A stretch of DNA of 64,000 bases from Actinomycetota bacterium (GTDB taxonomy: Bacteria > Actinomycetota > Acidimicrobiia > IMCC26256 > JAENVU01), in assembly GCA_016870395.1 (NCBI GenBank), contig VGBT01000007.1, positions 17,268 to 81,267 on the forward strand. Reading direction: 5' to 3'. The notes below the pieces were generated by a model. It was not told the origin of the DNA. It saw only the letters and a list, made by a program, of their open reading frames with translations, and did not search any database. The position numbers were made by a program, and so were the translations under genes. Below, piece after piece: positions 9,789 through 22,028 of the stretch (the first letter of the stretch is position 1; each line of letters opens with the position of its first letter).

Positions 9789-11390
9789 ATGGCCGACCTC
9801 CTCGTGCTGGGCAGCGGCATCGCGGGGTGCGCTGCCGCGATCCACGCCGCCCAGCGCGGCCTGTCGGTGATCCTCTGCACCAAGGGCGAGATGGCCCATT
9901 CCGCGACCCGGTACGCCCAGGGGGGCGTCGCCGCCGCGCTGGAGTCGCCCGACTCCGTGGAGCTCCACCTGTCCGACACGCTCGCGGCGGGGGCCGGGCT
10001 CTGCGACACCGACGCAGTCAGGGTGCTGGTGAGCGAGGGACCCGAGCGCGTGCGGGAGCTCATCGCGCTCGGCGCCCGCTTCGACCTGGAAGACGGTGCG
10101 CTCGCGCGGGCGCGTGAGGGAGGGCACTCCCTCGCCCGGGTCGTCCATGCCGGTGGCGATGCCACAGGCGCCGAGATCGAGCGCGCCCTGGGCAGCGGCG
10201 TACGTGCCCTCGACGGCGTCGACGTGCGAGAGGGTTGGTTCAGCGTCGACCTGCTCGTCGAAGGCGGCCGCTGCGTGGGCGTGCAGGCGCTCGAGCCCTC
10301 CGGGGAGCTCCGCGAGGTGCGCGCCGCGCACACGCTGCTCGCCACTGGCGGTGCAGGCCAGCTGTATGCCGTCACCACCAATCCCGCCGTCTCCACCGGT
10401 GACGGCATCGCGATGTCGCTTCGTGCCGGTGCGGCCGTTGCCGACGTGGAGTTCATGCAGTTCCATCCGACCGCGCTCGACACTGCGACGATGCCGCGCC
10501 CCTTGCTCTCGGAGGCGCTGCGCGGCGACGGCGCAGTCCTACGTGACGCGGCGGGCGAAGCGTTCATGGCCGGTGAGCACCCGCTGGCCGACCTCGCGCC
10601 GCGTGACGTCGTTGCCCGCGCGATAACCCGACGGATCTTGGAGTGCCGTGAGCCGCACATGTGGCTCGACTGCACGGCGATCGACGACTTCTCGCGGCGG
10701 TTTCCCACCATCTCGGCGTCGGCCCGCGCGGTCGGCCTCGATCCCGGCCGCGACTTCCTCCCGGTAGCGCCGGCCGCCCACTACCTCTCCGGTGGGGTGT
10801 GCACCGACCTCGACGGGGCGGCCACCCTGCCCGCTCTCTGGGCGTGTGGGGAGACGGCGTGCTCGGGAGTGCACGGCGCGAACCGGCTGGCCAGCAACTC
10901 GCTTCTTGACGGGCTCGTGTTCGCGCCCCGAGTAGTCGAGGCGATCGCCGCCGGTCGCGAGGGACCCCGGCGGACCGGGGTGCTGCGCTCGGGCTGGCCC
11001 GCGGCAGTGCCGGCCCCGGTTGCCGCAGCGCGCGCCGCGGCCGCCACTGGCGCGCGGCCGGAGCAGCTCCGGGCGCGGCTGGCGGCCTCAATGACCGCGA
11101 ACGCGGGCGTCTTGCGCGACCGCGCGAGCCTCGAGCGGGCGGCACGCGACATGGCCGACCTCGAAGCCGAGGCCTCGGGCTTCGACCACCGGGAGCCCGG
11201 AGCCTGGGAGGTCCGCAACCTCTTGGCCGTCGCGGCCTCGCTCGTCGGCGCCGCGTCCGCTCGCGAGGAGTCGCGCGGCACCCACGCTCGACTCGACTTT
11301 CCCCGGACCGAGGCCGGGATGCTGGGCCGCTTCTTCCTCACGGGCGGCGATGTCTCGTTCGTTCCGCTCGCCGCTGAGGTGAGGGCGTGA
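9789..11390 (+). CDS. nadB: L-aspartate oxidase
   Basis: GSGIAG FAD motif, AQGGVAA, EGGHS, MQFHPT, APRDVVAR, HGANRLASNSLL, REESRGTH. Confidence 0.95.
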   Translation: MADLLVLGSGIAGCAAAIHAAQRGLSVILCTKGEMAHSATRYAQGGVAAALESPDSVELHLSDTLAAGAGLCDTDAVRVLVSEGPERVRELIALGARFDLEDGALARAREGGHSLARVVHAGGDATGAEIERALGSGVRALDGVDVREGWFSVDLLVEGGRCVGVQALEPSGELREVRAAHTLLATGGAGQLYAVTTNPAVSTGDGIAMSLRAGAAVADVEFMQFHPTALDTATMPRPLLSEALRGDGAVLRDAAGEAFMAGEHPLADLAPRDVVARAITRRILECREPHMWLDCTAIDDFSRRFPTISASARAVGLDPGRDFLPVAPAAHYLSGGVCTDLDGAATLPALWACGETACSGVHGANRLASNSLLDGLVFAPRVVEAIAAGREGPRRTGVLRSGWPAAVPAPVAAARAAAATGARPEQLRARLAASMTANAGVLRDRASLERAARDMADLEAEASGFDHREPGAWEVRNLLAVAASLVGAASAREESRGTHARLDFPRTEAGMLGRFFLTGGDVSFVPLAAEVRA

Positions 11391-12238
11391 ACGCCACCTT
11401 CGACTTCGACCCGCCCGTCGGTGTCGTGCGTGACGTCGTCGCGCGCGCACTGGCCGAGGACTTCGGGCTGCTCGGCGACCTCACGTCGATCGCGGTGATC
11501 GCCGAGGACGCGCAGGCCCGCGGTCGGATCGTGGCCCGGAGCGAGGGCGTCCTCGCAGGCACGGCGGCCGCGGCCGAGGTGTTCCGTCAGGTCGACCCGG
11601 AGCTCGGGTTCGACTGGGAGATCGGCGACGGCGTCGAGCTCGCGCCCGGACAGGTCGTGGGCACGGTCGCGGGACCGCTGCGGTCGGTCCTGGGTGCCGA
11701 ACGCAGCGCGCTCAACCTCCTGGCACACTGCTCCGGGGTGGCCACGCTCACCCGCCGGTTCGTCCGCGCCGCGCACGGCAAGTCGCGCATCCGTGACACG
11801 CGCAAGACCCTTGCGGGTCTCCGGGCGCTCGAGAAGGCCGCGGTGCGGGCCGGTGGCGGGTTCAACCATCGCGAGTCGCTCTCCGACGCGGTGCTGATCA
11901 AGGACAACCATCTCGTGGGCCTCGAGGTCGTCACGGCAGTGCAGCGCGCCCGCGCGCGCTGGCCGGGACGGGTTGTCGAGGTCGAGTGCGACACCCTCGA
12001 GCAGGTGCGCGAGGCCGTGGCCGCCGGCGCCGACCTCGTGCTGCTCGACAACATGACGCCGACACAGGTCGCGGAGGCGATCGCGATCTCCGGTGGCTTG
12101 CCGTTCGAGGTCTCGGGCGGCGTGACGATCGAGACGGTCGGCGCGTACGCCGAGACCGGTGTCGACTACATCTCGGTGGGGGCGATCACGCACTCCGCGC
12201 CCGCGCTCGACCTCGCCTTGGACCTGGACCGCGTCTGA
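11387..12238 (+). CDS. nadC: Nicotinate-nucleotide diphosphorylase (quinolinate phosphoribosyltransferase)
   Basis: ALAED..GDLTS, ERSALN, DTRKT, LIKDNH, LLDNM, EVSGG, ISVGAITHS. Confidence 0.95.
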   Translation: MNATFDFDPPVGVVRDVVARALAEDFGLLGDLTSIAVIAEDAQARGRIVARSEGVLAGTAAAAEVFRQVDPELGFDWEIGDGVELAPGQVVGTVAGPLRSVLGAERSALNLLAHCSGVATLTRRFVRAAHGKSRIRDTRKTLAGLRALEKAAVRAGGGFNHRESLSDAVLIKDNHLVGLEVVTAVQRARARWPGRVVEVECDTLEQVREAVAAGADLVLLDNMTPTQVAEAIAISGGLPFEVSGGVTIETVGAYAETGVDYISVGAITHSAPALDLALDLDRV

Positions 12239-13005
12239 TGTTGCTCGCGATCGACACCGGCAACACCCAGACGGTAATCGGCCTCTTCGACGACACCGAG
12301 CTCGCGGACCACTGGCGCATCGCGACGGTGGCGTCGCGCACCTCCGACGAGCTCGCGCTCATGATCCAGCAGTTCCTCGGGTTCCACGGCTTCTCGTTCG
12401 ACGCGCAAGTCACCGGGGTCGCGATCTGCTCCGGTGTGCCAAGCGTCACCGCCGCGTTGCGGGAGATGACGGTGCGCTACTTCGGGTTCGAGGCGCTCGT
12501 GCTCGAGCCCGGGGTGCGCACCGGGATGCCGGTGCTCTACGACAACCCGAAGGAGGTCGGGCCCGACCGCATCGCCGACGCGATCGGCGCCTACGACCTC
12601 TACGGCGGGCCGACGATCGTCGTCGACTTCGGCACTGCCAACACCGTGGAGGCGGTCAGCGCCAAGGGCGAGTATCTCGGTGGCGCGATCTTCCCCGGTG
12701 TCGAGATCTCGCTCGACGCGTTGTTCGGCCGAGCCGCGGCGTTGCGCCGGGTCGAGCTCGTGTCGCCCCGCAACGTGATCGGCAAGTCGACCATCGAGTC
12801 GATCCAGTCGGGGGTGATCTACGGGTTCAGCGGTCAGATCGACGCCATCGTCGACCGGTTCCGAGCCGAGCTCGGGGAGTGCACCGTGGTGGCCACTGGC
12901 GGGCTGGCCGAGCTGATCATGCCGTTCTCCCGTACCATTCAGCACCACGAGCCCTGGCTGACGCTGCACGGTCTGCGAATCGTTTACGAGCGGAACCGAC
13001 CCTGA
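12238..13005 (+). CDS. coaX: Type III pantothenate kinase
   Basis: LAIDTGNT, VGPDR, VVDFGTA, YLGGAIFPG, VATGG, LTLHGL; TGATG overlap with nadC. Confidence 0.95.
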   Translation: MLLAIDTGNTQTVIGLFDDTELADHWRIATVASRTSDELALMIQQFLGFHGFSFDAQVTGVAICSGVPSVTAALREMTVRYFGFEALVLEPGVRTGMPVLYDNPKEVGPDRIADAIGAYDLYGGPTIVVDFGTANTVEAVSAKGEYLGGAIFPGVEISLDALFGRAAALRRVELVSPRNVIGKSTIESIQSGVIYGFSGQIDAIVDRFRAELGECTVVATGGLAELIMPFSRTIQHHEPWLTLHGLRIVYERNRP

Positions 13006-13022
13006 GGAAACGGCGAGAGGGT

Positions 13023-13093
13023 CCAGGAGGCGCTGGCGCCGGTCGGTGACCGGACCCGCAACGACGGGCGCCGGAGCCGACCATCGAAGGAGG
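13023..13093 (+). repeat. Dispersed 63-bp hairpin element, copy 1 (intergenic)
   Basis: CCAGGAGGCGCTGGCGCC-(22 nt)-GACGGGCGCCGGAGCCGACCATCG then AAGGAGG; matches 37572-37642 with the same spacing. Confidence 0.8.
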
Positions 13094-13101
13094 TCCAACC
13101 G

Positions 13102-14088
13102 ATGCGGGTGCTGGTGACGGGGATGGGTGGAGAGCTCGGGACCCGCGTCGCGCAGCTGCTCGAGGAGCGCAGCGAGGTCGACGAGATCGTCGGCGTCGAC
13201 TTCGTCCCGCCTCGGCGCCGCCTTCGTCGCAGCGAGTTCCGCCGGATCGACCCACGTGAGAGGGGAAAGCTGGCCGACTTCGTCGCCGAGGTCGCACCCG
13301 ACGCGGTGGCGCACTTCGGCGTGTACGAGCCCGGCTCGCGCCTCGACCCGCGCCTCGCGGCGGTGTACTCGCACCGCTGTACGATTGCCGCGCTGGGCGC
13401 CGCGGCGCGCACCGGTCGGCTCCGCGCTGTCGCGCTGCGTTCGGGACTCGAGGTCTACGGGCGTGGCCGTGGCCGGCCCGGCGTCCCCGACGAGGACGCG
13501 CCGGTCGCCCCGTCGAGCCCCTACGGGCGCACGTGCCTCGACGTGGAGGCGCTCGCGACCGATCTCGGACGTCGCCACGAGATCCCGGTCGCGGCGCTGC
13601 GGATGGCGCCGGTCGCGGGATCGCACGTGCCCTCACCGCTGGGGCGGGTGCTGCGGCTGCCCCTGGTGCCGGTTCCTGCGCTTGCCGACCCCGCCTTCCA
13701 GCTGCTGCACCAAGAGGATGCGGCGCGAGGGATGGTCGAGGCGTTGCTGCGCGGGTTCGACGGCCCGTTGAACCTCGTTGGCCCCGGCGCGGCGAGCGTG
13801 TGGCAGGCGGTGCGGCTCGGCGGGCGGGTGCCCATGCCGGTGCTCGGTCCGGGTTGGCGGCTGGCGCGACGGGCTGCGGAGCTCGCCGGTGCGCCGGTGC
13901 CGCCGCACCTGATGGAGCTGCTCACGAAGGGGAGGACCGGCGACGGGTCTCGGGCCGTCGAGGCGCTCGGGCTGGTGGGCATGCGTCCCACCCAGGACGT
14001 GTGCGCAGAGCTGTTCGAGTGGGCGACCGTCACACCGTTGCGCAACCCGAGCCCGCTCGCGGTGGTGGCCGACGGAGGACGGCGGTGA
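13102..14088 (+). CDS. NAD-dependent epimerase/dehydratase family protein (Rv0501-like)
   Basis: VLVTGMGGELG Rossmann motif, HFGV, SPYG, FQLLHQEDAARG. Confidence 0.85.
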   Translation: MRVLVTGMGGELGTRVAQLLEERSEVDEIVGVDFVPPRRRLRRSEFRRIDPRERGKLADFVAEVAPDAVAHFGVYEPGSRLDPRLAAVYSHRCTIAALGAAARTGRLRAVALRSGLEVYGRGRGRPGVPDEDAPVAPSSPYGRTCLDVEALATDLGRRHEIPVAALRMAPVAGSHVPSPLGRVLRLPLVPVPALADPAFQLLHQEDAARGMVEALLRGFDGPLNLVGPGAASVWQAVRLGGRVPMPVLGPGWRLARRAAELAGAPVPPHLMELLTKGRTGDGSRAVEALGLVGMRPTQDVCAELFEWATVTPLRNPSPLAVVADGGRR

Positions 14089-14765
14089 GCGCGAGCGTGA
14101 CCTCGCTGCCGGTGTACGGCGTCGACCCCGACCGCACCCAGCACACCGACCTCGGCACGGTGGTGCGACGCAGGGTGGACGGCTGCTACCCGATCGACCC
14201 GTTCGGGGCCGACCCGCAGTTCCAGGACCTCGTCGCACCGCTGCTTCTGGCCTCGGTGCGGGTGCGCGTCGAGCACGCCGATCGGCTGCCGCGCTCGGGC
14301 CCGGCCCTGCTCGTCGCGAACCGGGGTCTCGGCGTGGTCGAGCCGACAGCGCTCGCGATCGCGTTGCGGATCGAGGTCGGCCGCCGCCTGCGAGTGGTGG
14401 GCGCTCCCGACGTCCCCGTGCTGGGCGACCTCATGCGCAAGCTCGGCGGCGTGATGGCCTACCCCGGCGACGTCGCCGCGCTCCTGCGGGCCGGCCACGT
14501 GGCCGCGGTCCCGCTCGGCTCCACCTGGCTGCGCACCGCGGGCGGGACCACGCCGCTGCCGCTCCTCGTGCCCGCGCTCGGGTTCGGGGTGATCCCGGTC
14601 GCCGTCACCCCCGGTGGGCCGCTGGGTCTGCCGCTGCGGCCCTGGCGGGTCGTGGTGGGCGAGCCGCTGGCGTCGCGGGCCGGCCCGGGGTCTCGCGACC
14701 CGCTCGCGGCCGCGGAGCTGGCCGAGGCCGCCCGCGAGGCGGTCGACGCCCTGCTCCGGGCCTGA
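14085..14765 (+). CDS. Phospholipid/glycerol acyltransferase-like protein (Rv0502-like), degenerate catalytic motif
   Basis: DPFGADP, VRVEHADRLPRSGPALLVAN, VIPVAV; GTGA-coupled to the epimerase. Confidence 0.65.
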   Translation: MSASVTSLPVYGVDPDRTQHTDLGTVVRRRVDGCYPIDPFGADPQFQDLVAPLLLASVRVRVEHADRLPRSGPALLVANRGLGVVEPTALAIALRIEVGRRLRVVGAPDVPVLGDLMRKLGGVMAYPGDVAALLRAGHVAAVPLGSTWLRTAGGTTPLPLLVPALGFGVIPVAVTPGGPLGLPLRPWRVVVGEPLASRAGPGSRDPLAAAELAEAAREAVDALLRA

Positions 14766-14815
14766 GCGGAGCCCCGTTAGGCTGGTTCGGACGCGGGCCA
14801 TCGCTCGCGACGCTG

Positions 14816-15676
14816 ATGGGAGTGGCCGTGCCCGAGGTCGTCGCCGACGACGGCGTGACGATCCACTACGAAGCCTTCGGGCGGCGGGATGCTCCGCCCC
14901 TGCTCATGATCCACGGTCTGGGCACCGACGCCCGCGGCTGGGCGCTGCAACGGCTGGCGTTCGGGCGCCGCTACCGCTGCGTCGCGCCCGACAACCGGGG
15001 AGTCGGGCGCACCGGTCCCGTAGCGGGCCCGTACTCGCTGGAGCGGATGGCCCTCGACGCGCTCGCCGTGCTCGATGCCGAGGGGATCGATCGGGCCCAC
15101 GTGATGGGGGCGTCGATGGGCGGCGTCATCGCGCAGATCGTGGCGGTCCTGCACCCGCACCGCACTCGAGGGCTCGTGCTGGCCTGCACCGCGTGCCGGC
15201 ACCACGAGTGGCGCCGCGAGCTGCTCCAGGAGTGGTCGGACGCGGTCGCGTCGGGCGGGATCGGGGCGCTGGGCGACGAGGCGCTCGCTTGGCTGGTGGG
15301 TCCCCGGCTCCGGCGGCGCTTCGGGATCTGGCTCAACCTGGGTGCCCGGATCGTCTTGCAGCAGAAGCCCGAGGCGTTCGTCGGGCAGGTCGCGGCGATC
15401 CTCGACGCGCCCGACGAGCTCCGCCTCGAGCTGGTGAACATGACGGCACCGACGCTGGTCATCACCGGGTCCCAGGACTCCCTCACGCCGGTGGGGGACG
15501 CCGAGGAGCTCGAGGAGCTCATCCCGCACGCCCGACTCGAGGTGCTGTGCGGCGCGGCACACGGCCTGATGGTGGAGGCGCCCAACGCGTTCAACCAGGC
15601 GGTGCTGGGGTTCTTGTCCGAGGTGGACGCTCTCGAGGCCGCGATCGAGGAGCACGACACGGCCGAGTCCGCCTAG
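14816..15676 (+). CDS. Alpha/beta hydrolase (enol-lactonase-like)
   Basis: LMIHGLG, PDNRGVGRT, GASMG nucleophile elbow, GSQD, AHG catalytic His. Confidence 0.88.
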   Translation: MGVAVPEVVADDGVTIHYEAFGRRDAPPLLMIHGLGTDARGWALQRLAFGRRYRCVAPDNRGVGRTGPVAGPYSLERMALDALAVLDAEGIDRAHVMGASMGGVIAQIVAVLHPHRTRGLVLACTACRHHEWRRELLQEWSDAVASGGIGALGDEALAWLVGPRLRRRFGIWLNLGARIVLQQKPEAFVGQVAAILDAPDELRLELVNMTAPTLVITGSQDSLTPVGDAEELEELIPHARLEVLCGAAHGLMVEAPNAFNQAVLGFLSEVDALEAAIEEHDTAESA

Positions 15677-15733
15677 GCGCGCCGGGGAATCCGTGACCGG
15701 CCGCTTGCGGCGGGGCTCCCCCCGAGGTGGCCG

Positions 15734-16006
15734 TTGAGCATCCCCACCGATCATGAGCTCGTGCTCGCCGCTCGCGACGGCGACGAGGCGGCGTTCGGCG
15801 TGATCTACGACCGGTATTTGGACCGCGTGCTCGGCCTGTGCCTCACAGTGGTGCGCGACCGGCGCGACGCCGAGGCCGCGCTCCACGACACGTTCCTCAC
15901 CAGATGGCAGCGGCTGGGCCAGCTTCGTGGGCCCCATCGGCTTCGCCCGTGGCTGTTCGCGATCGCATGGCACCGGGCGATGCGACTGGGCCGGCGCGCG
16001 GCTTGA
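15734..16006 (+). pseudogene. ECF sigma-70 factor fragment (region 2 only)
   Basis: DHELVLAARDGDEAAFGVIYDRY, DAEAALHDTF, RPWLFAIA; stops after 90 aa with no region 4 seen in any following frame. Confidence 0.7.
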
Positions 16007-16020
16007 GCAGTCCCACGGTG

Positions 16021-16047
16021 ATCTCCCTTTGATGCTTCGAGGGAGAT
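16021..16047. terminator. Hairpin between convergent genes (putative terminator)
   Basis: ATCTCCCT-11 nt-AGGGAGAT perfect 8-bp stem. Confidence 0.5.
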
Positions 16048-16078
16048 TCGTCGCATGGGCAGGCGTCCGTGAGAAAAG

Positions 16079-17053
16079 TCAGCGGTCGCGGGTGACCAGG
16101 GTCTCGACCAGTCGGCCGAGGCGCGCGGTGACCTCGGCGTCGAGCCCGGTCGCGCCGCCGAGCGCCTTGTCGGCGAGCGCGGCCTGCTCTCGCGCCGCGT
16201 CGAGCGCCGCGTCGAGAGCGCCGTCGGAGGTGGCGAGCCGGCGCGCCTCGGCCATCTGGGCGTTGTCGAGCTTGCGGCCGAGTACCTCGCGCAACGCCGG
16301 CTCGCGCTCGATCGCGTAGATCACCGGCAGCGTGTAGACGCCTTCGACGAGGTCGTTGCCCGCGGGCTTGCCGAGCGACTCCTCGGTGCCGGTCACGTCG
16401 AGGACGTCGTCGACGATCTGGAAGCAGGTGCCGAGGCGATGGCCGAAGTCGGTGAGCGCGTCGAGGGTCGCGCCGTCGACCTTCGAAACCATCCCGCCGA
16501 TGCGACACGCGGTCCCGAAGAGTGACGCGGTCTTGCCGTCGATAGCGGAGAAGTAGAGGTCCTCGCTGCGGTCGACGTCGAAGAGGTGCTGCAGCTCGAG
16601 CACCTGTCCGCGGCACAGCTCGCCGATCGTCGCCGCGAGCAATGCAGCCACGTCCGCACCGAGCGACGCGGCGAGCTCCGAGGCGCGCGCCAGCAAGTAG
16701 TCGCCGACGAGGATCGCCACGATGTTCGACCAGCGCGCGTTGACGCTTGGCACGCCGCGGCGGGTCTCTGCCTCGTCGATCACGTCGTCGTGGTACAGCG
16801 AGCCGAGGTGCACGAGCTCCACGGCCACCGCGCCCGTCACCACGTCCTCGGAGACGGGCGCAACGCCACTGGCGGCGTAGGCCGCGCAGACGGTGAGGAC
16901 GGGGCGCAGGCGCTTGCCGCCGGCCGAGATCAAATGCGCTGCCACGTTGCCGAGGAAGGGGTCCTGAGACCGGACCGACGCCTGGAGCGCCGCCTCCACC
17001 CGCTCGAGATCGGCGGCCAGCGGCGCGAGCCCGAGCGCTTGCAGCGGCTGCAT
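16079..17053 (-). CDS. Polyprenyl diphosphate synthase (HepT/GrcC-like)
   Basis: GGKRLRP, FARM HDDVID..TRRG, GDYLLA, KTASLF, SARM FQIVDDVLD, GKPAGNDL; start taken at ATG 17053. Confidence 0.93.
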   Translation of the reverse strand: MQPLQALGLAPLAADLERVEAALQASVRSQDPFLGNVAAHLISAGGKRLRPVLTVCAAYAASGVAPVSEDVVTGAVAVELVHLGSLYHDDVIDEAETRRGVPSVNARWSNIVAILVGDYLLARASELAASLGADVAALLAATIGELCRGQVLELQHLFDVDRSEDLYFSAIDGKTASLFGTACRIGGMVSKVDGATLDALTDFGHRLGTCFQIVDDVLDVTGTEESLGKPAGNDLVEGVYTLPVIYAIEREPALREVLGRKLDNAQMAEARRLATSDGALDAALDAAREQAALADKALGGATGLDAEVTARLGRLVETLVTRDR

Positions 17054-17256
17054 TTGCGCAGGGTACGGCGTTGTGCCGACGGACACCAAGCCGGAACGGG
17101 AACAACACGCGCCCTGGAAGCGTCGTACCGAAGCCTTTCGGCGTCTTCAGCCGCCGTCTGGAGACGTCGATGCAGAGCGACGGGCGGCGGGGAGCGAGGG
17201 ATCCCTGCCGATAGGATGGGCGTCCAGCAACGGCGCCTGACGAGAGGCGGAAGCCA

Positions 17257-19749
<2,493 letters not shown>

Positions 19750-19789
19750 CCCTTCCTGGCCGACCGCGCGACCTGCCAGACTGCGCGCC

Positions 19790-20503
19790 GTGCGCAGGGT
19801 GCTCGTCGCCGGGCTGCTGGTGGTCGCACTCGGCGCGTGCCGGGTGGACGCGGTCGTGCAGGTCGACATGCACGAGGACGGCAGCGGGACGCTGAGCGTG
19901 CGCCTGAGCCTCGATGCCGATGCCGTGCGGGCCGCGGAGGTCGACGGCGGGACGCTCGAGACCCGGGTGCGCCTCGAGGACCTCGCGGCGGCCGGCTGGC
20001 ACGTCGGAGGCTGGCGGCGGACGGGCTCCGGGGCGAGCGTGACGCTTCGCCAGGCTTTCGCAACTCCGGAGGAGGCCGGCGACCTCGTCGCCGAGCTCAA
20101 CGGACCGGACGGGCCGCTCCGCCATGTCGAGCTCACGCGCGACCTGGGGGCGTTCCGTGGTCATTGGGGCTTCCGCGGGGTCGGCGACGGGCGCGTTCTC
20201 GATCCGGGCGTGACCGACGACGCGCAGCTCGTCGCGCGCCTCACAGCGGAGCGTGTCGACGTGGCCGGGCTCGAGGTTGCCCTCGCACGGCAGGTGCAGG
20301 ACGCGTTCCACCTCCGCGTGACCATCTCGTTGCCCAACGCCGCGCCGAAGGCGTTTGTGGTCCCCGCGGGCAAGCGCGTCGTGATGACGACGAGCTCGTC
20401 GGACGTCGACTACTCCCACGTCGCGATGCTCGCCGGTGGCCTCGCGCTCGCTGCCGGCGCCGTCGTGCTGCTCCTCGTCGGCGAGCTACGACAGCGTCGG
20501 TAG
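19790..20503 (+). CDS. Putative lipoprotein with C-terminal TM anchor (LppM/DUF3153-like)
   Basis: Signal peptide with lipobox LGAC, DGSG motif, C-terminal hydrophobic helix followed by RQRR. Confidence 0.6.
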   Translation: MRRVLVAGLLVVALGACRVDAVVQVDMHEDGSGTLSVRLSLDADAVRAAEVDGGTLETRVRLEDLAAAGWHVGGWRRTGSGASVTLRQAFATPEEAGDLVAELNGPDGPLRHVELTRDLGAFRGHWGFRGVGDGRVLDPGVTDDAQLVARLTAERVDVAGLEVALARQVQDAFHLRVTISLPNAAPKAFVVPAGKRVVMTTSSSDVDYSHVAMLAGGLALAAGAVVLLLVGELRQRR

Positions 20504-20657
20504 GCCAGGCGGGGAACTGCTCCAGCGAGTCGAGTACCACGTCGACCCCATAGTCGTGCAGCTCACTCGCCGACCACGGTCGGGACCGCGATTGCGCGGC
20601 CACCGAGCGCGTCGCCCGGTCCCCGTAACCGTCGCACCCCCGGCGTATCGTTTGCGT

Positions 20658-22028
20658 ATGATCCGAACACGTGTTCGCAGCAGAGCCGTCTACGCCTGCA
20701 CCGAGTGCGGGGCCCAGGCACCGAAGTGGTTGGGCCGCTGCCCCGAGTGCGGGGCATGGAGCACCCTGGTCGAGGAGGTCTTCGACGACCCCCTCGAATT
20801 GCCCGGAGCCCCGTTCGATGTCGGCGAGCGGCCGGTTCCCCTGGCCACGGTCGACCCGCTTGCCGCGGCGGGGCGTCCCACGGGCGTCGACGAGCTCGAC
20901 CGGGTGCTCGGCGGCGGCCTGGTGCCGGGCTCGGTCACGTTGCTCGCGGGCGAGCCGGGCATCGGCAAGAGCACGCTGCTCCTCCAGGCCCTCGGCCGGC
21001 TCGCGGGCGCGGGGGCGCGATGCCTCCTCGTGAGCGCCGAAGAGTCCAAGGAGCAGGTGCGGCTGCGCGCCGGCCGGATCGAGGCGCTCGACCCGAACCT
21101 GCTGGTCGTCGCCGAGACTTCGCTGCCCAACGTGCTCGCCCACGTCGACGAGGTGGCGCCCGAGGTGCTCGCGATCGACTCGGTTCAGACGATCGTCGAT
21201 CCCGACCAGCCGGGCGTGCCCGGTTCGATACACCAGGTGCGCGAGTGCGCACACCGCCTGGTGCGCGTCGCGAAAGCGCGGGGGCTCGCGACGGTCCTGG
21301 TCGGTCACGTCACCAAGGACGGGGCGATCGCGGGTCCGCGTGCGCTCGAGCACGTCGTCGACACCGTGCTGGCGTTCGAGGGCGATCGCCACCACGCGCT
21401 GCGCATGCTCCACGCGCTCAAGCACCGGTTCGGCTCCACCAACGAGCTCGGCGTGTTCGAGATGCGCGACGGCGGGCTCGCCGATGTCGCGGATCCCTCG
21501 GCGTTGTTCCTCGCCGATCGGCGGGCCGAGCTCTCGGGCTCCGTGGTCACGCCGATCCTCGAGGGTGGACGTCCGCTGCTCGTCGAGGTCCAGGCGCTGG
21601 TCGTGCCGGCCACCGGCGATGCGCCGTCGCGGCGGGCCACCCAGGGCGTCGACGGAGGCCGTCTCGCCCTGCTCCAGGCCGTGCTCGACCGGCGCGGCGA
21701 GGTGAAGGTCGGTGCGGCCGATGTGTACGCGAGCGTCGCCGGAGGCATCCGGGTCGCGGATCCGGGCATCGACCTCGCGCTCACCCTCGCGCTCGCGAGC
21801 GCCCGACTCGACCGGCCGATCCCCGCCGACCTCGTCGCGGTGGGGGAGGTCGGCCTCGGGGGCGAGGTCCGGCTGGCGGCCCAGACCCCGCGGCGGCTCG
21901 CGGAGGCCGCACGGCTCGGGTTCCGCTTCGCGGTCGTGCCCGTCTCCGCGCCGGCGGTGGAAGGCATCACGTCGATCCCGGTGCGCGGCATCGCCGAGGC
22001 CCTCGCTCTGGCCGGCATGTACGACTGA
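20658..22028 (+). CDS. radA: DNA repair protein RadA/Sms
   Basis: C4 zinc finger CTECG..WLGRCPECG, GEPGIGKS, GHVTKDG.IAGPR.LEH, KHRFG variant of KNRFG. Confidence 0.96.
   Translation: MIRTRVRSRAVYACTECGAQAPKWLGRCPECGAWSTLVEEVFDDPLELPGAPFDVGERPVPLATVDPLAAAGRPTGVDELDRVLGGGLVPGSVTLLAGEPGIGKSTLLLQALGRLAGAGARCLLVSAEESKEQVRLRAGRIEALDPNLLVVAETSLPNVLAHVDEVAPEVLAIDSVQTIVDPDQPGVPGSIHQVRECAHRLVRVAKARGLATVLVGHVTKDGAIAGPRALEHVVDTVLAFEGDRHHALRMLHALKHRFGSTNELGVFEMRDGGLADVADPSALFLADRRAELSGSVVTPILEGGRPLLVEVQALVVPATGDAPSRRATQGVDGGRLALLQAVLDRRGEVKVGAADVYASVAGGIRVADPGIDLALTLALASARLDRPIPADLVAVGEVGLGGEVRLAAQTPRRLAEAARLGFRFAVVPVSAPAVEGITSIPVRGIAEALALAGMYD

Noticed and set aside
9789-12238. nadA and panB missing from the cofactor cluster
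   Set aside because: Both are often located elsewhere; absence from one window is uninformative
21400-21450. RadA KNRFG motif reads KHRFG
   Set aside because: Conservative change with all other motifs intact; probably lineage variation
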